Shown piece by piece: positions 38,801 through 48,269 of a stretch of DNA of 64,000 nucleotides. Position 1 is the stretch's first letter. Every line of letters starts with the position of its first letter. The notes under the pieces are model-generated. The model saw only the letters and a program-made list of their open reading frames with translations. It ran no database searches and had not been told where the DNA came from. The DNA lies in assembly GCA_029856105.1 (NCBI GenBank), contig JAHQWH010000193.1, positions 32,001 to 96,000 on the forward strand, in the 5' to 3' direction. Both the position numbers and the translations under genes were made by a program. The DNA is from Promethearchaeia archaeon (lineage in GTDB: Archaea; Asgardarchaeota; Lokiarchaeia; Sigyniarchaeales; SOKP01).

Positions 38801-40618
38801 TTATTTAGAATAACTTCCAAATTGAGGAAATGTCTTTAATTGGGTCGAATTGAAGATAGGCCCATCTTTACATACGCTAATATCGTTCTTTTCTCCTACA
38901 CAACAAGAACCACATAATCCTACTCCACATTTCATTTTTCTTTCCAGACTAGCTTGAATTTCGATGTTTTTAGAATCTGCGATTTCGAGAACCCGTTTCA
39001 TCATGATTTCCGGTCCACATGTAATAATAAGATCTATATTTTCCTTTTCAATTATATCTTCAATAGGATCCGTTACAACACATTTCTTACCTACAGACCC
39101 GTCTTCCGTAGTACACATCGTATTTGGAATTAGATCTATTAATCGATCGGCAAATATTAACGAGGGCTCATCTTTCGCTCCGATCGCTACAAATACATTC
39201 TTTTTATTTAATCTTAGAGATTCTGTTATAGTAATTAACGCTGGAATTCCCATTCCACCTCCTACTACAAGGATACTTTTTGCTTTTTCGTAATTAAACG
39301 AGTTTCCAAAAGGACCTCTAATCCCTATAGAATCTCCTTCTCTTAATTCAAATAATTTTGATGTTCCTTCACCAATTTTTTGAACTGTTACTTCGATAAG
39401 ATTACCATTTATGCTAGAGATGGACATTGGTAAGAAATCAATATCGGGAAGCCATAATATAACAAACATTCCGGGTTTGTAGGCTTTCGCAATTCGCGGG
39501 TTTTTAACTATGAAGCTTTTAATATCGTGAGCATGCTCTTTTATCGATTTAATTTTTACTATATCAGTTTTATTTCTTGTAATGTCTAAAATCAAATCCT
39601 CCTTTTCGTGTTCTAGAGGCTTTGTTTCGAGGAAACCTTGTTCGACAGCTAGCTCAAAAACTTCTTTACCTCTTTCAGTTCGCACAATTATAGTATTCCA
39701 TCCGTCTTCACTGCCAAACTCTCCAACAGATATATCTGCAAACGAGGCTGTATAATCGGAACACGAAAAACAAGCAGCTCTAATTGCTTTATCGTATAAA
39801 TAATTAAGGGGTATTTCTTTGACTGTTGAATCAACGCTTACTTTCATTTTGAAATTATCTTTATCGATATCAATTTTATCAACCTCGCTTAGGTTGATGT
39901 TAAATTCCTCAAACGCGATTTTTAATAATTGGTTGTAATAAGTTCCAAAACAAAAGGTTCCAATGGCTAACGTTACTAGATCGTAAGCTTCGTAATCGAA
40001 AGCAGGATGGTTTTGTACTTTTCTCAAAGCTTGTATTTGGCATGGAGTGCCTACTACCGCGATATCTTTACACTCCTTATTGATGGCATCGCCTAGAAGC
40101 GAAAGAGTTGGACCTTGACTTGGTTTATACCCAGCTCCTTTAAGTAAATCTTGTTGACTCTGAGCAATTATTGGAAAAGGTCTGAAGTTCTCATCTTTAT
40201 CAGTAATAATCGATGCGTCGATGAGACCATTCTCCATAGCAACCCATAGTAATCCTGTTAAAGGTCCTGCTTCAGCTGGGATCTTTTTACGTGCTTTATT
40301 TGTTAATTTTACAGAAACTATTTCGATATAGTGACCCAAAATTTTATCGTGTTCTTTACCAAAAACCCATTTATCTAATAGTGACAGAGGAATCTTCTCA
40401 TTTTCAGTTTTCGGACAGAGATTATAACAGAGCCCGAATCCGTCTTTACAAGTATTCATATCTTTGCAAGATCCATCTTCTATTGGGATTTCTTTTTCTC
40501 TATCAAATTGAATGCTAGCACAAAAGGCTCCACAAGCTCCACAGTATACGCATTTTCCCGTTTGAATTATTTCCTCGTATAGTTCTTTCCAACCTTTTTG
40601 AGTTTTCCCAATATACAT
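38801..40618 (-). CDS. Fusion: FrhB/FdhB (F420-binding beta subunit) plus PyrK-like FAD/NAD(P)/[2Fe-2S] electron transfer subunit
   Basis: N-half: CVYCGACGAFC, VGTPCQ, GTFC, CFSCSD...ADISVG, W..IIVRTERG. C-half: RGPFGN, GGGMG, CGPEIMM, ERKMKCGVGLCGSC, VCKDGPIF. Confidence 0.88.
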   Translation of the reverse strand: MYIGKTQKGWKELYEEIIQTGKCVYCGACGAFCASIQFDREKEIPIEDGSCKDMNTCKDGFGLCYNLCPKTENEKIPLSLLDKWVFGKEHDKILGHYIEIVSVKLTNKARKKIPAEAGPLTGLLWVAMENGLIDASIITDKDENFRPFPIIAQSQQDLLKGAGYKPSQGPTLSLLGDAINKECKDIAVVGTPCQIQALRKVQNHPAFDYEAYDLVTLAIGTFCFGTYYNQLLKIAFEEFNINLSEVDKIDIDKDNFKMKVSVDSTVKEIPLNYLYDKAIRAACFSCSDYTASFADISVGEFGSEDGWNTIIVRTERGKEVFELAVEQGFLETKPLEHEKEDLILDITRNKTDIVKIKSIKEHAHDIKSFIVKNPRIAKAYKPGMFVILWLPDIDFLPMSISSINGNLIEVTVQKIGEGTSKLFELREGDSIGIRGPFGNSFNYEKAKSILVVGGGMGIPALITITESLRLNKKNVFVAIGAKDEPSLIFADRLIDLIPNTMCTTEDGSVGKKCVVTDPIEDIIEKENIDLIITCGPEIMMKRVLEIADSKNIEIQASLERKMKCGVGLCGSCCVGEKNDISVCKDGPIFNSTQLKTFPQFGSYSK

Positions 40619-40619
40619 T

Positions 40620-41219
40620 TTATTTACCTTCCTCCTTTAATTTTTGAAGAAATTTTTTTGCTTCTTGTTTTCCAAGCTCAAACGCTTCTATATTTGTGTC
40701 TAAGGTTGAACTTGGCACAAACTTTTTAATCGTTTTTAAAGCAGATTCTTCAGAAAATATCCCTGCAAGTATAGTAAAAACAGCAAACAAAATTGTATTT
40801 CCAAATACTATGTTACCAAATTTTTCAACAGCTAATTTCTGAACGGGGATGTTCAAGGCTTTACTTATTTTTTTTGCCCCTCTAAATTTGTTTATCGTTG
40901 AGGGATCCCAAACTAAAAACCCGGTATTTTTATCAGATTTAACAAAATTAGCTTTTATATCATTAGCAGATTCTTGAGACAAAACAATTAGAAAATCGTA
41001 CGGCTTTAAGGCTTTCGGGTAATCAATATATTCAATACTTTTATCTAAATCAACGACAACTTCCGCCCAACATTTTCCTCCGCGTGCAGCGGCAGAATAA
41101 GCTTCTGTTTGCGTAGCAGCGAGACCTTCATAGATTGAACTTGCCATAATTATCATTTTGCTGAGAGTGATAACTCCTTGGCCGCCAAATCCACTTACTC
41201 GAATTTCGTATCGAGACAT
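40620..41219 (-). CDS. korC: 2-oxoacid:ferredoxin oxidoreductase gamma subunit
   Basis: SGFGGQGV, AARGG, NIEAFELG. Confidence 0.88.
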   Translation of the reverse strand: MSRYEIRVSGFGGQGVITLSKMIIMASSIYEGLAATQTEAYSAAARGGKCWAEVVVDLDKSIEYIDYPKALKPYDFLIVLSQESANDIKANFVKSDKNTGFLVWDPSTINKFRGAKKISKALNIPVQKLAVEKFGNIVFGNTILFAVFTILAGIFSEESALKTIKKFVPSSTLDTNIEAFELGKQEAKKFLQKLKEEGK

Positions 41220-41222
41220 TGT

Positions 41223-42140
41223 TTATGTGCCTCCTCTTGCGATTTTTTGTATTTTAGCGTATTCTTCTGAGTACTCTGGTTTATCTGGCTCGTATCTAAA
41301 TTCACCAATAATGTATTTATTAAACAATTCTACTTCACTCATGAATTTCGCTTGGTTTTTTCTTACGCTATTTCGCTTAATCCATTCTATCATCTTACCT
41401 GCTGTATCCATTTTTTCTCCTTTTTCTCCTAAATATTCAGCTCCTAAACTACTCAAATTTTTTCTACCAAAATAAGTAACACAAGGCGTGATTAGCTCAA
41501 TTACTGAAGTGCCTTTATGTTTTAAGGCTTTTCTGAAATACTTCATGAAAGTACGAGGATGAGCTACGGTAGTTCGTGCTACATAAGTTGCACCAGCTGC
41601 AAGAGCAAGTTTCACTCCATCACTTCTATTTTCAAACATTTTATATGGTGTTGTTGTACTATTAGCACCGTACAGGGTTGTTGGCGCACCTTGACCACCT
41701 GTCATTGCGTAAATACTATTGTTAAATATTAATATAATGCAATCTATATTTCGGCGACAAGTATGGATAAAATGGTTCCCTCCAATTCCTAAACAATCGC
41801 CATCTCCTGTAAATATTATAGGTTTCATTTGAGGGTTGGCCATTTTCATGCCAGTTGCTAACGAGGGTGCCCGACCGTGGAGCGATAAAACTTTTTGGGT
41901 AGCATGATGTACTAGTAATAACATCTGACTATAGCATCCAATACCGATAACTAACGGGTATAATTTTGGATCTAGTTTTTCGTCTTCAAATATTCGGGTA
42001 AAAATATGGGCGATGATCCCATAACCGCATCCAGCGCAAAATCTAGACGAATAATTACCCAATAAATGGCCCGCGTAAGAGATTAATACGTAAGGATTCT
42101 CTGGTTTCTCGTTTGGAAACATTGGTCCTATTCCCGACAT
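41223..42140 (-). CDS. korB: 2-oxoacid:ferredoxin oxidoreductase beta subunit (TPP-binding)
   Basis: CAGCG, GIGC, HGRA, GDGD...NN, YAMTGGQ. Confidence 0.92.
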   Translation of the reverse strand: MSGIGPMFPNEKPENPYVLISYAGHLLGNYSSRFCAGCGYGIIAHIFTRIFEDEKLDPKLYPLVIGIGCYSQMLLLVHHATQKVLSLHGRAPSLATGMKMANPQMKPIIFTGDGDCLGIGGNHFIHTCRRNIDCIILIFNNSIYAMTGGQGAPTTLYGANSTTTPYKMFENRSDGVKLALAAGATYVARTTVAHPRTFMKYFRKALKHKGTSVIELITPCVTYFGRKNLSSLGAEYLGEKGEKMDTAGKMIEWIKRNSVRKNQAKFMSEVELFNKYIIGEFRYEPDKPEYSEEYAKIQKIARGGT

Positions 42141-43309
42141 TAATTAGCCACCTCCTTAATAACTTTTAAAATATCATGTGGATGATGTATTTCACATGCT
42201 TTTGGAATTCTAATAACTGGTGTGCTAAGCTCAGTTACCCGTTCGACTTGTTCTGCTATAATTCCTGTATAGTTTAACTCAGGAACTATAACTGCTTTAA
42301 CATCCTTAACAGCTTCTTTAACTTTCTCGTCTGGAAAAGGCCAGATTGTTATAAGTCTGAAAATTCCAACTTTTATTCCTTCTTTCCGTGCTAAATCAAC
42401 CGCACGATAACTGGTTCTAACAGGTAGACCATAAGCAATTATAACTATTTCAGCATCGTCCAATTTATAAGTGCTTGTTAGCGAAATTTTATCTATATTG
42501 CTAGTTATTTTATCGATCATCATCTCTATAAATTGAAGTGGTTTGGGTGTCGGTAAACCTTCGTAATTGTGAGGTTGCGAGAGAAACATTCCTGGACAAT
42601 AATCAGTACCTATAATCGGTGGTTTAGGGATAACATATTTCCCGAGGTTCTCGTCTTTATAAGAAAATTTTTTGGTAAAATCATTTGGTAATTCACGGTC
42701 AATTACTCTCTTTAACACCTCTTCTTGTTGTGGTATATTAACTACTTCGTGAAGGTGTCCTAAATAAGCATCTGACATAATAAACACTGGGCAACGGTAT
42801 GTCTCAGCAAAGTTAAATGCTGTAATTGTTAAATCATATAATTCTTGACAACTCATTGGTGCTAATGTTATAACTTGAAATTCACCATTTCCCGCAAAGC
42901 GCATTAACCCTATATCATTATGATGCGGTTCTGTTACATATCCCGTCCCAGGACCATTACGCTGTACATCACAAAAAACAAACGGGATTTCTAAATTTGC
43001 TGCCATTGAGATCGTTTCGGTCATTAAAGAAAGACCAGGACCAGAAGTTGCTGTCATAGCCTTAGCGCCGACTAAGGAAGCCCCGATTACAGAATTAATA
43101 GATGCTATTTCGTCCTCCATTTGCATACAAACACCTCCAATTTGTGGCAATCTAACTGCAAGATGTTCAATTACCTCGGTACTTGGGGTGATAGGGTAAC
43201 CTCCAAAAAATTTCAATCCAGCAGCTATAGCGCCTTCGGACATCGCTATGTTTCCCATCATTAGATGTTTACCTTCTGGTAAGAATCTTTTACTATTTTC
43301 TATATCCAT
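42140..43309 (-). CDS. korA: 2-oxoacid:ferredoxin oxidoreductase alpha subunit
   Basis: GYPITPSTE, EDEIAS, TATSGPG, QRNGPGTG. Confidence 0.92.
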   Translation of the reverse strand: MDIENSKRFLPEGKHLMMGNIAMSEGAIAAGLKFFGGYPITPSTEVIEHLAVRLPQIGGVCMQMEDEIASINSVIGASLVGAKAMTATSGPGLSLMTETISMAANLEIPFVFCDVQRNGPGTGYVTEPHHNDIGLMRFAGNGEFQVITLAPMSCQELYDLTITAFNFAETYRCPVFIMSDAYLGHLHEVVNIPQQEEVLKRVIDRELPNDFTKKFSYKDENLGKYVIPKPPIIGTDYCPGMFLSQPHNYEGLPTPKPLQFIEMMIDKITSNIDKISLTSTYKLDDAEIVIIAYGLPVRTSYRAVDLARKEGIKVGIFRLITIWPFPDEKVKEAVKDVKAVIVPELNYTGIIAEQVERVTELSTPVIRIPKACEIHHPHDILKVIKEVAN

Positions 43310-43323
43310 TTTTTTTCACCTTG

Positions 43324-43593
43324 TTATACTTTGGCTTTATTAGCCACATTTTCATTTTCTGATTCTTGCAAAATGTATATACACCAATCTGGACATCCAT
43401 ATTCGCATCGTTTACACGCTGTACAATATTTTGCTTTCCCTTCTTTAACTCGTGGAATATAAGCAATTCTCATATTTAACTCGTCTCCCATTTCTAAAAT
43501 ACCTGTTGGGCACACATAGACACAAACTTGACAACCACCACACCTATTTTTATTTAGGAATAATGAAAAATTCTTCTCTCTATTCTCTAACAA
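43324..43593 (-). CDS. korD: Ferredoxin-like delta subunit (2x[4Fe-4S])
   Basis: CGGCQVCVYVCP, CTACKRCEYGCP; first gene of the operon. Confidence 0.88.
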   Translation of the reverse strand: MLENREKNFSLFLNKNRCGGCQVCVYVCPTGILEMGDELNMRIAYIPRVKEGKAKYCTACKRCEYGCPDWCIYILQESENENVANKAKV

Positions 43594-43749
43594 TTTTGGA
43601 ATTTTAGACCAACTCAGTTTTTATCTGATATTTTATTTAAATATTTTTACCGTTATAAATTTCAATTTAATTTATTTTAAGTCTTTCTGCAATTATTCTT
43701 AAATAAAATAACATCAAATCTTAATTAAAACTAAAAAGTTAATTAAATT

Positions 43750-44487
43750 ATGAGAAAGATAATTTATTTAGGGTGTTTATCAAGCTCAAAATACAAAGAA
43801 ACTTGCGAAAATGGAATAAAGATCATTAAATTCCTTGACAATGAATACGAAATTCTTGATGGTGTCCCTTGTTGCGGCGCGTTATCTTATCACATTTCCA
43901 GCGACGAAGAATTAAAGAAACACGTAGAATTTGTGAATAATTGGTTTAAATCAAACGATGTTTCTAAAATTGTTACGATTTGCGCAGGTTGTTATAATTA
44001 TCTAACTCGATATTATAAACAATATTTAGGCTCTGATTTCAATGTCGAAGTTAAACACCTTTTACAATTTATGGCTACACCTGAAAATTTAAAGAAGTTG
44101 AATTTAAAGTATTCTGGAAAAAAATTAATTGTCAATTATCACGATGCTTGTCATCTACGAAATGCGATTCCACCAATCATCGAAGAACCAAGAACAATCA
44201 TCAACTCGATCGATAATATAGAAATATTCGAAATGGAAAACACAAAAATTAATAGTATTTGTTGTGGGGCTGGCGGAGGTGTCTATGCCATTTTTAAAGA
44301 AAATAGCGATTATAACGCTAAATCGATTTTCAATCAAATGAGGAAAGGAAAAGCTTTGTTAACAGCCTGTCCATTCTGTTATACTGCATTACAAAGAATA
44401 CGAAAAGAAAATAATATTAGGAAACCTGTAATTAAATTTGAGGATTTTTTAATCAAAATAATGAATCAGGAGGATCCCTTAATATGA
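43750..44487 (+). CDS. CCG-domain Fe-S protein (LutA/HdrB-like)
   Basis: CCG, CAGC, HDACHL, CCGAGGG, ACPFC. Confidence 0.85.
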   Translation: MRKIIYLGCLSSSKYKETCENGIKIIKFLDNEYEILDGVPCCGALSYHISSDEELKKHVEFVNNWFKSNDVSKIVTICAGCYNYLTRYYKQYLGSDFNVEVKHLLQFMATPENLKKLNLKYSGKKLIVNYHDACHLRNAIPPIIEEPRTIINSIDNIEIFEMENTKINSICCGAGGGVYAIFKENSDYNAKSIFNQMRKGKALLTACPFCYTALQRIRKENNIRKPVIKFEDFLIKIMNQEDPLI

Positions 44488-45788
44488 GCGAAAAAGGAAA
44501 AGAGCTATATGAAAAAGTAAAAGAAAAGATAGAACAATTAAACGATAAAGATTCAGTCTACAGCAAGTTTGGAGATATCTGGAAGCTAGCAAGCTTAGGT
44601 AAGTATCGTTCCTTCGATTTACGATATCTTTACGAAGATACTAGTAGAGAATTTGTTGAAGAACACAAAGAACATCTTACCAAAATACGTGAAGATTTCG
44701 TTGAAAATATTGATGACTATGTAAAAAAATGCATAGATGTGATGCGTAAGACTAATAAATTTAAGGTTTATTACGCCAAAACAAACGAGGAAGCCCAAAA
44801 AATTTTTATGGAAGAGTTAGGAGATAATAAAGTTTTATACAAATCAAAATCTTTGGAAGCAAAGGATATAGGAATAATTGATGTTTTAAAGAAAAATAAT
44901 ATAGAAATTAAAGAAACAGATTTAGGCGACGTCCTATGCCAACTATTTGATTACAAATATCCAAGTTTCACCTTAGCTCCTGGAGTTCAATTTACTGAAA
45001 AAGAAATCGTCGCAAAAATGAAGGAAAAATATGGAATAGATATAGAGGAGAAAGCAGAAGCAATAGTAGCCTATTACCGGAAGAATTATCGCCCAGAATT
45101 ACTTAATGATGTTAAGGTTTCTCTTACATCAGCTAATGTAATTGCTGCAAATGATGGTTCTATCGTTCTAATTGAGAATGAAGGAAATATTAGTCTCTTA
45201 ACTAGGGCGACTGAGAAACACATCGTTGTAGTAGGAATACAAAAAATCGTTCCAAATGTTTTTGATGCTCTAATTGTAGCTAAATTACATGAGAGAATAA
45301 ATAATGTAGATGGAGCTTATATTAGTTTTATATCCGCGGCATCAAATACTTCCGATATTCAAGGAAAGCGTGTATTTGGGATGTATGGTGCGAAAGAAGT
45401 AGTTATAATATTTGTAGATGACTGGAGAATTAAAGCAGCAAAAGAAAATCTATTTTATAAAGATATTCTAAAATGTATCTCATGTAAAAGTTGTGATTAT
45501 GTATGCACAGCTTCTCGAGCATTTGGTAATATCTACGCATCAAAATACGGTATTGGAGCAATAAATATCGTTCGAGATTATATTCATAATGGAATCGAAG
45601 CTGCTGTTAAAGATGGTTTATTCTTATGTACAGGTTGCGAAAATTGTACGAATTGGTGTCCTGTGGGAGTTGATTTAGCAGAAATCATGAAAAAACTTAA
45701 AAAAGAAGCTACTGAAAAAGAGCTTTGTCCTCCTTCGTTAAAAGAATATAAAGAAAAAATATTCAGAGATAAGAACCCATTCATTTAA
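44484..45788 (+). CDS. LUD-domain Fe-S protein (LutB/LldF-like)
   Basis: KSKS, ETDLG, ENEGN, TSDI, CISCKSC...C, CTGCENCTNWCP; ATGA overlap with upstream gene. Confidence 0.85.
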   Translation: MSEKGKELYEKVKEKIEQLNDKDSVYSKFGDIWKLASLGKYRSFDLRYLYEDTSREFVEEHKEHLTKIREDFVENIDDYVKKCIDVMRKTNKFKVYYAKTNEEAQKIFMEELGDNKVLYKSKSLEAKDIGIIDVLKKNNIEIKETDLGDVLCQLFDYKYPSFTLAPGVQFTEKEIVAKMKEKYGIDIEEKAEAIVAYYRKNYRPELLNDVKVSLTSANVIAANDGSIVLIENEGNISLLTRATEKHIVVVGIQKIVPNVFDALIVAKLHERINNVDGAYISFISAASNTSDIQGKRVFGMYGAKEVVIIFVDDWRIKAAKENLFYKDILKCISCKSCDYVCTASRAFGNIYASKYGIGAINIVRDYIHNGIEAAVKDGLFLCTGCENCTNWCPVGVDLAEIMKKLKKEATEKELCPPSLKEYKEKIFRDKNPFI

Positions 45789-45903
45789 TTTTAGAATAAG
45801 ATTATTTTTGTTTGGGTGCAAAATTTAGTGATTCAATATCAACATTTAAAGTAATATAAAATTGGTTTGATTTAATAATCCTATATTGTAATATAACGAA
45901 TAG

Positions 45904-46533
45904 CTAATTAAAATAATAAAATAATAAACTAACTATTATTTGAGTAAGTATGCAAATAGTAAATAGCATGGAAAATGTCCCAAATTTCTCTTTCTTTCCA
46001 AATTTACCCACCCATATGCTCTCAGATTCTTTCCTGACTTTGAAAACACCAGTTGATATTCCTATACTAAAAATCGCACTGTAAGTAAACATTCCAAGAA
46101 TAGATCCAAAATCAATAATATTTAACAAGTAAAGTTCTAATGCTAAAAAAACTACGAGTGGCAAGAATATTATTTGAAACAAAAATATTGTTGATTTTAA
46201 ATTTGCTATCGCTATCTGAAGTTTATTGAAACTATGAATATCCTCTTTTTCCTTGACTCTAAGTATAAGTTGCAAACAAATTTCACCAATTTCATTTAAT
46301 ATATATTTTCCATCAACATCTTTTTTAATCAGCAAATCGTTCATTTCTCTTAAATGATAGTTTAAAAGACTACTTTCCGGAATATTAAGATTTTTCAAAA
46401 TTTGTGAGTAAGTTTGTGGACTTTTAGATAATTGTTTAAGAATTCCTCTCCGCATTGGATGTTTTAACAAGTTAAAAATTTGTGAAAGTTCTTTTTCTGA
46501 GAGATATTTATTTATTACTATCAAAATCACCAA
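45904..46533 (-). CDS. ArsR-like winged-helix regulator with C-terminal transmembrane helices
   Basis: LKHPMRRGIL...LLNYHLREM...Y.L.E.G followed by about 3 hydrophobic helices. Confidence 0.75.
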   Translation of the reverse strand: MVILIVINKYLSEKELSQIFNLLKHPMRRGILKQLSKSPQTYSQILKNLNIPESSLLNYHLREMNDLLIKKDVDGKYILNEIGEICLQLILRVKEKEDIHSFNKLQIAIANLKSTIFLFQIIFLPLVVFLALELYLLNIIDFGSILGMFTYSAIFSIGISTGVFKVRKESESIWVGKFGKKEKFGTFSMLFTICILTQIIVSLLFYYFN

Positions 46534-46685
46534 TTAATCAGAAAAAAGATATTGATATAAACTTTTTTGGAAAATTTTCTTTACAAAAAAAAACTTACTT
46601 ATTTTCGACTGGAAAATCGTAGATCATTTAAATTTAAATGCATTTTATGTTAAGTTCAAAAAGGATTATTAATTCTATGTAAAAT

Positions 46686-47870
46686 CTATAGCTGATACAT
46701 TGTTGAAAGGATTGTATTTGCTCTCAAAATTGCCAAATCTTCAAAACCTAGAATTTCAGCACAAGTTCGTTCCCCATTGCATGTTGATTTTAGTTTAGTC
46801 CATAGTACTTCAGCAATATCCTCAACTGTTTTATTTTCCGTAAAAATCTTACTCGCGTCAATATCGATATTTCCTGCCATCCATTCACAACTTCGTGTAT
46901 TCCCACAAACTTTGATTACAGGGGCAACTGGATTCCCGCATGGACTTCCTCGACCTGTTGTCATAATAATTACCTGTGCTCCCGCAGCAGCAAGCCCCGT
47001 CATTGATTCTATATCTAATCCCGGTTCAATCATTAACCACAAACCCCTTCCTTTTGGGGGCTCCGAATAGTCTAATAATCCTTGGATAGGTGCCTTTCCT
47101 GCTTTGGCGATGGTACCTAATGATTTTTCCTCGATTGTAGTTAATCCACCCTTTATATTTCCAGGTGTTGGTTGAATTCCTCGGAAATCTATTCCGAGTC
47201 TTCTAGTTCCTTCTAGAAATCGATTTAAAGTGGAATGGATTTTTTCAGCTACGTCTTTATTTACTGCCCTTTCAATTAGCAAATGTTCTGTACCTATCCA
47301 TTCTGTAAATTCAGGAAGAATAGATGTGCCTCCTAAATTTACAACTTTATCTGAGACAATTCCCAAAGAAGGATTAGCAGATATTCCCGATATTGAGTCA
47401 GAACTCCCACATTCTAATCCTAATACGAGATGAGAGAAGTCGAACGGTTCACGTTTTAATTCCTTTGCAGCCTCTGATATTTTTTTTCCAATTTTGATGC
47501 CTTTTTCTATTGCTGCAGTTGTTCCTCCTTGAATGTCTTGGACATCAAAGAATTCCACTGGTTTTTTTGATTGTTTAATTTTTCTTGCCAATAATTTACT
47601 GGTGATATTCTCACAACCTAAACCAACCACAATAACCCCATAAATATTTGGGTTTATTCCTAAACCAGATAAAGTTCGAACTGTATAATTAAAGTCTGGA
47701 CCAAATTGACCGCAACCTAGCGGGTGCGTTATAGCAACCGCATTTTCAATTTGGTTCGCAATTTGTCGTGTGACGTGATTAACGCATACTACTGAAGATA
47801 TAACAGCTACTTTATTACGAATACCTACTTTTCCTTTAGGTCTTTGGTAACCAAAGAATTCTTCGGTTAT
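46686..47870 (-). CDS. UxaA/GarD/SuyB family dehydratase large subunit (probable ATA start)
   Basis: Frame is open 80 codons beyond the track start: ITEEFFGYQRPKGKVGIRN...HPLGC...VGLGCE; also ECGSSD, TPGN, TTIEEKSLG, TTGRG. Confidence 0.85.
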   Translation of the reverse strand: MTEEFFGYQRPKGKVGIRNKVAVISSVVCVNHVTRQIANQIENAVAITHPLGCGQFGPDFNYTVRTLSGLGINPNIYGVIVVGLGCENITSKLLARKIKQSKKPVEFFDVQDIQGGTTAAIEKGIKIGKKISEAAKELKREPFDFSHLVLGLECGSSDSISGISANPSLGIVSDKVVNLGGTSILPEFTEWIGTEHLLIERAVNKDVAEKIHSTLNRFLEGTRRLGIDFRGIQPTPGNIKGGLTTIEEKSLGTIAKAGKAPIQGLLDYSEPPKGRGLWLMIEPGLDIESMTGLAAAGAQVIIMTTGRGSPCGNPVAPVIKVCGNTRSCEWMAGNIDIDASKIFTENKTVEDIAEVLWTKLKSTCNGERTCAEILGFEDLAILRANTILSTMYQL

Positions 47871-48154
47871 TTTTTAGCCACCTCCAAATAGTAACTTTTT
47901 AGATTGTGTGTGTGAATCCAATCACCCGTTTTTATATCTTGAGTAGTTATGCCAATAATTTGACCATATTTTTTTACTAATTCTCCTTTATTAATATCTT
48001 TCAGTGAGAATTTATGCCCCATCGGAATATTTTGATTTAAATTTATGAAAATTTCGTTTGATTTTAATTCAGTGTCTTTAGATATATCTATTAAAGCCGT
48101 AGCGCAATTATCATCCAAATGCATAATAATTAATTTATTTTTTAAATCAGACAT
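47867..48154 (-). CDS. UxaA/SuyA family SAF-domain small subunit
   Basis: DNCATAL, IPMGHKF, KYGQIIG, GDWIHTHN. Confidence 0.9.
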   Translation of the reverse strand: MSDLKNKLIIMHLDDNCATALIDISKDTELKSNEIFINLNQNIPMGHKFSLKDINKGELVKKYGQIIGITTQDIKTGDWIHTHNLKSYYLEVAKK

Positions 48155-48269
48155 CTTAGATAAATAATTTTCAAATTCTATTTTATAATGTTTTTAAACT
48201 TTCTTAGCATTTATTATATTTAATAATTGTTTATGAATATATTACAAATTTTTAAAAGAGTTAATAAAA

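Noticed and set aside
38801-40618. Plain pyrK for pyrimidine synthesis
   Set aside because: It carries a ~350-aa FrhB module, has no adjacent pyrD, and sits in the kor operon.
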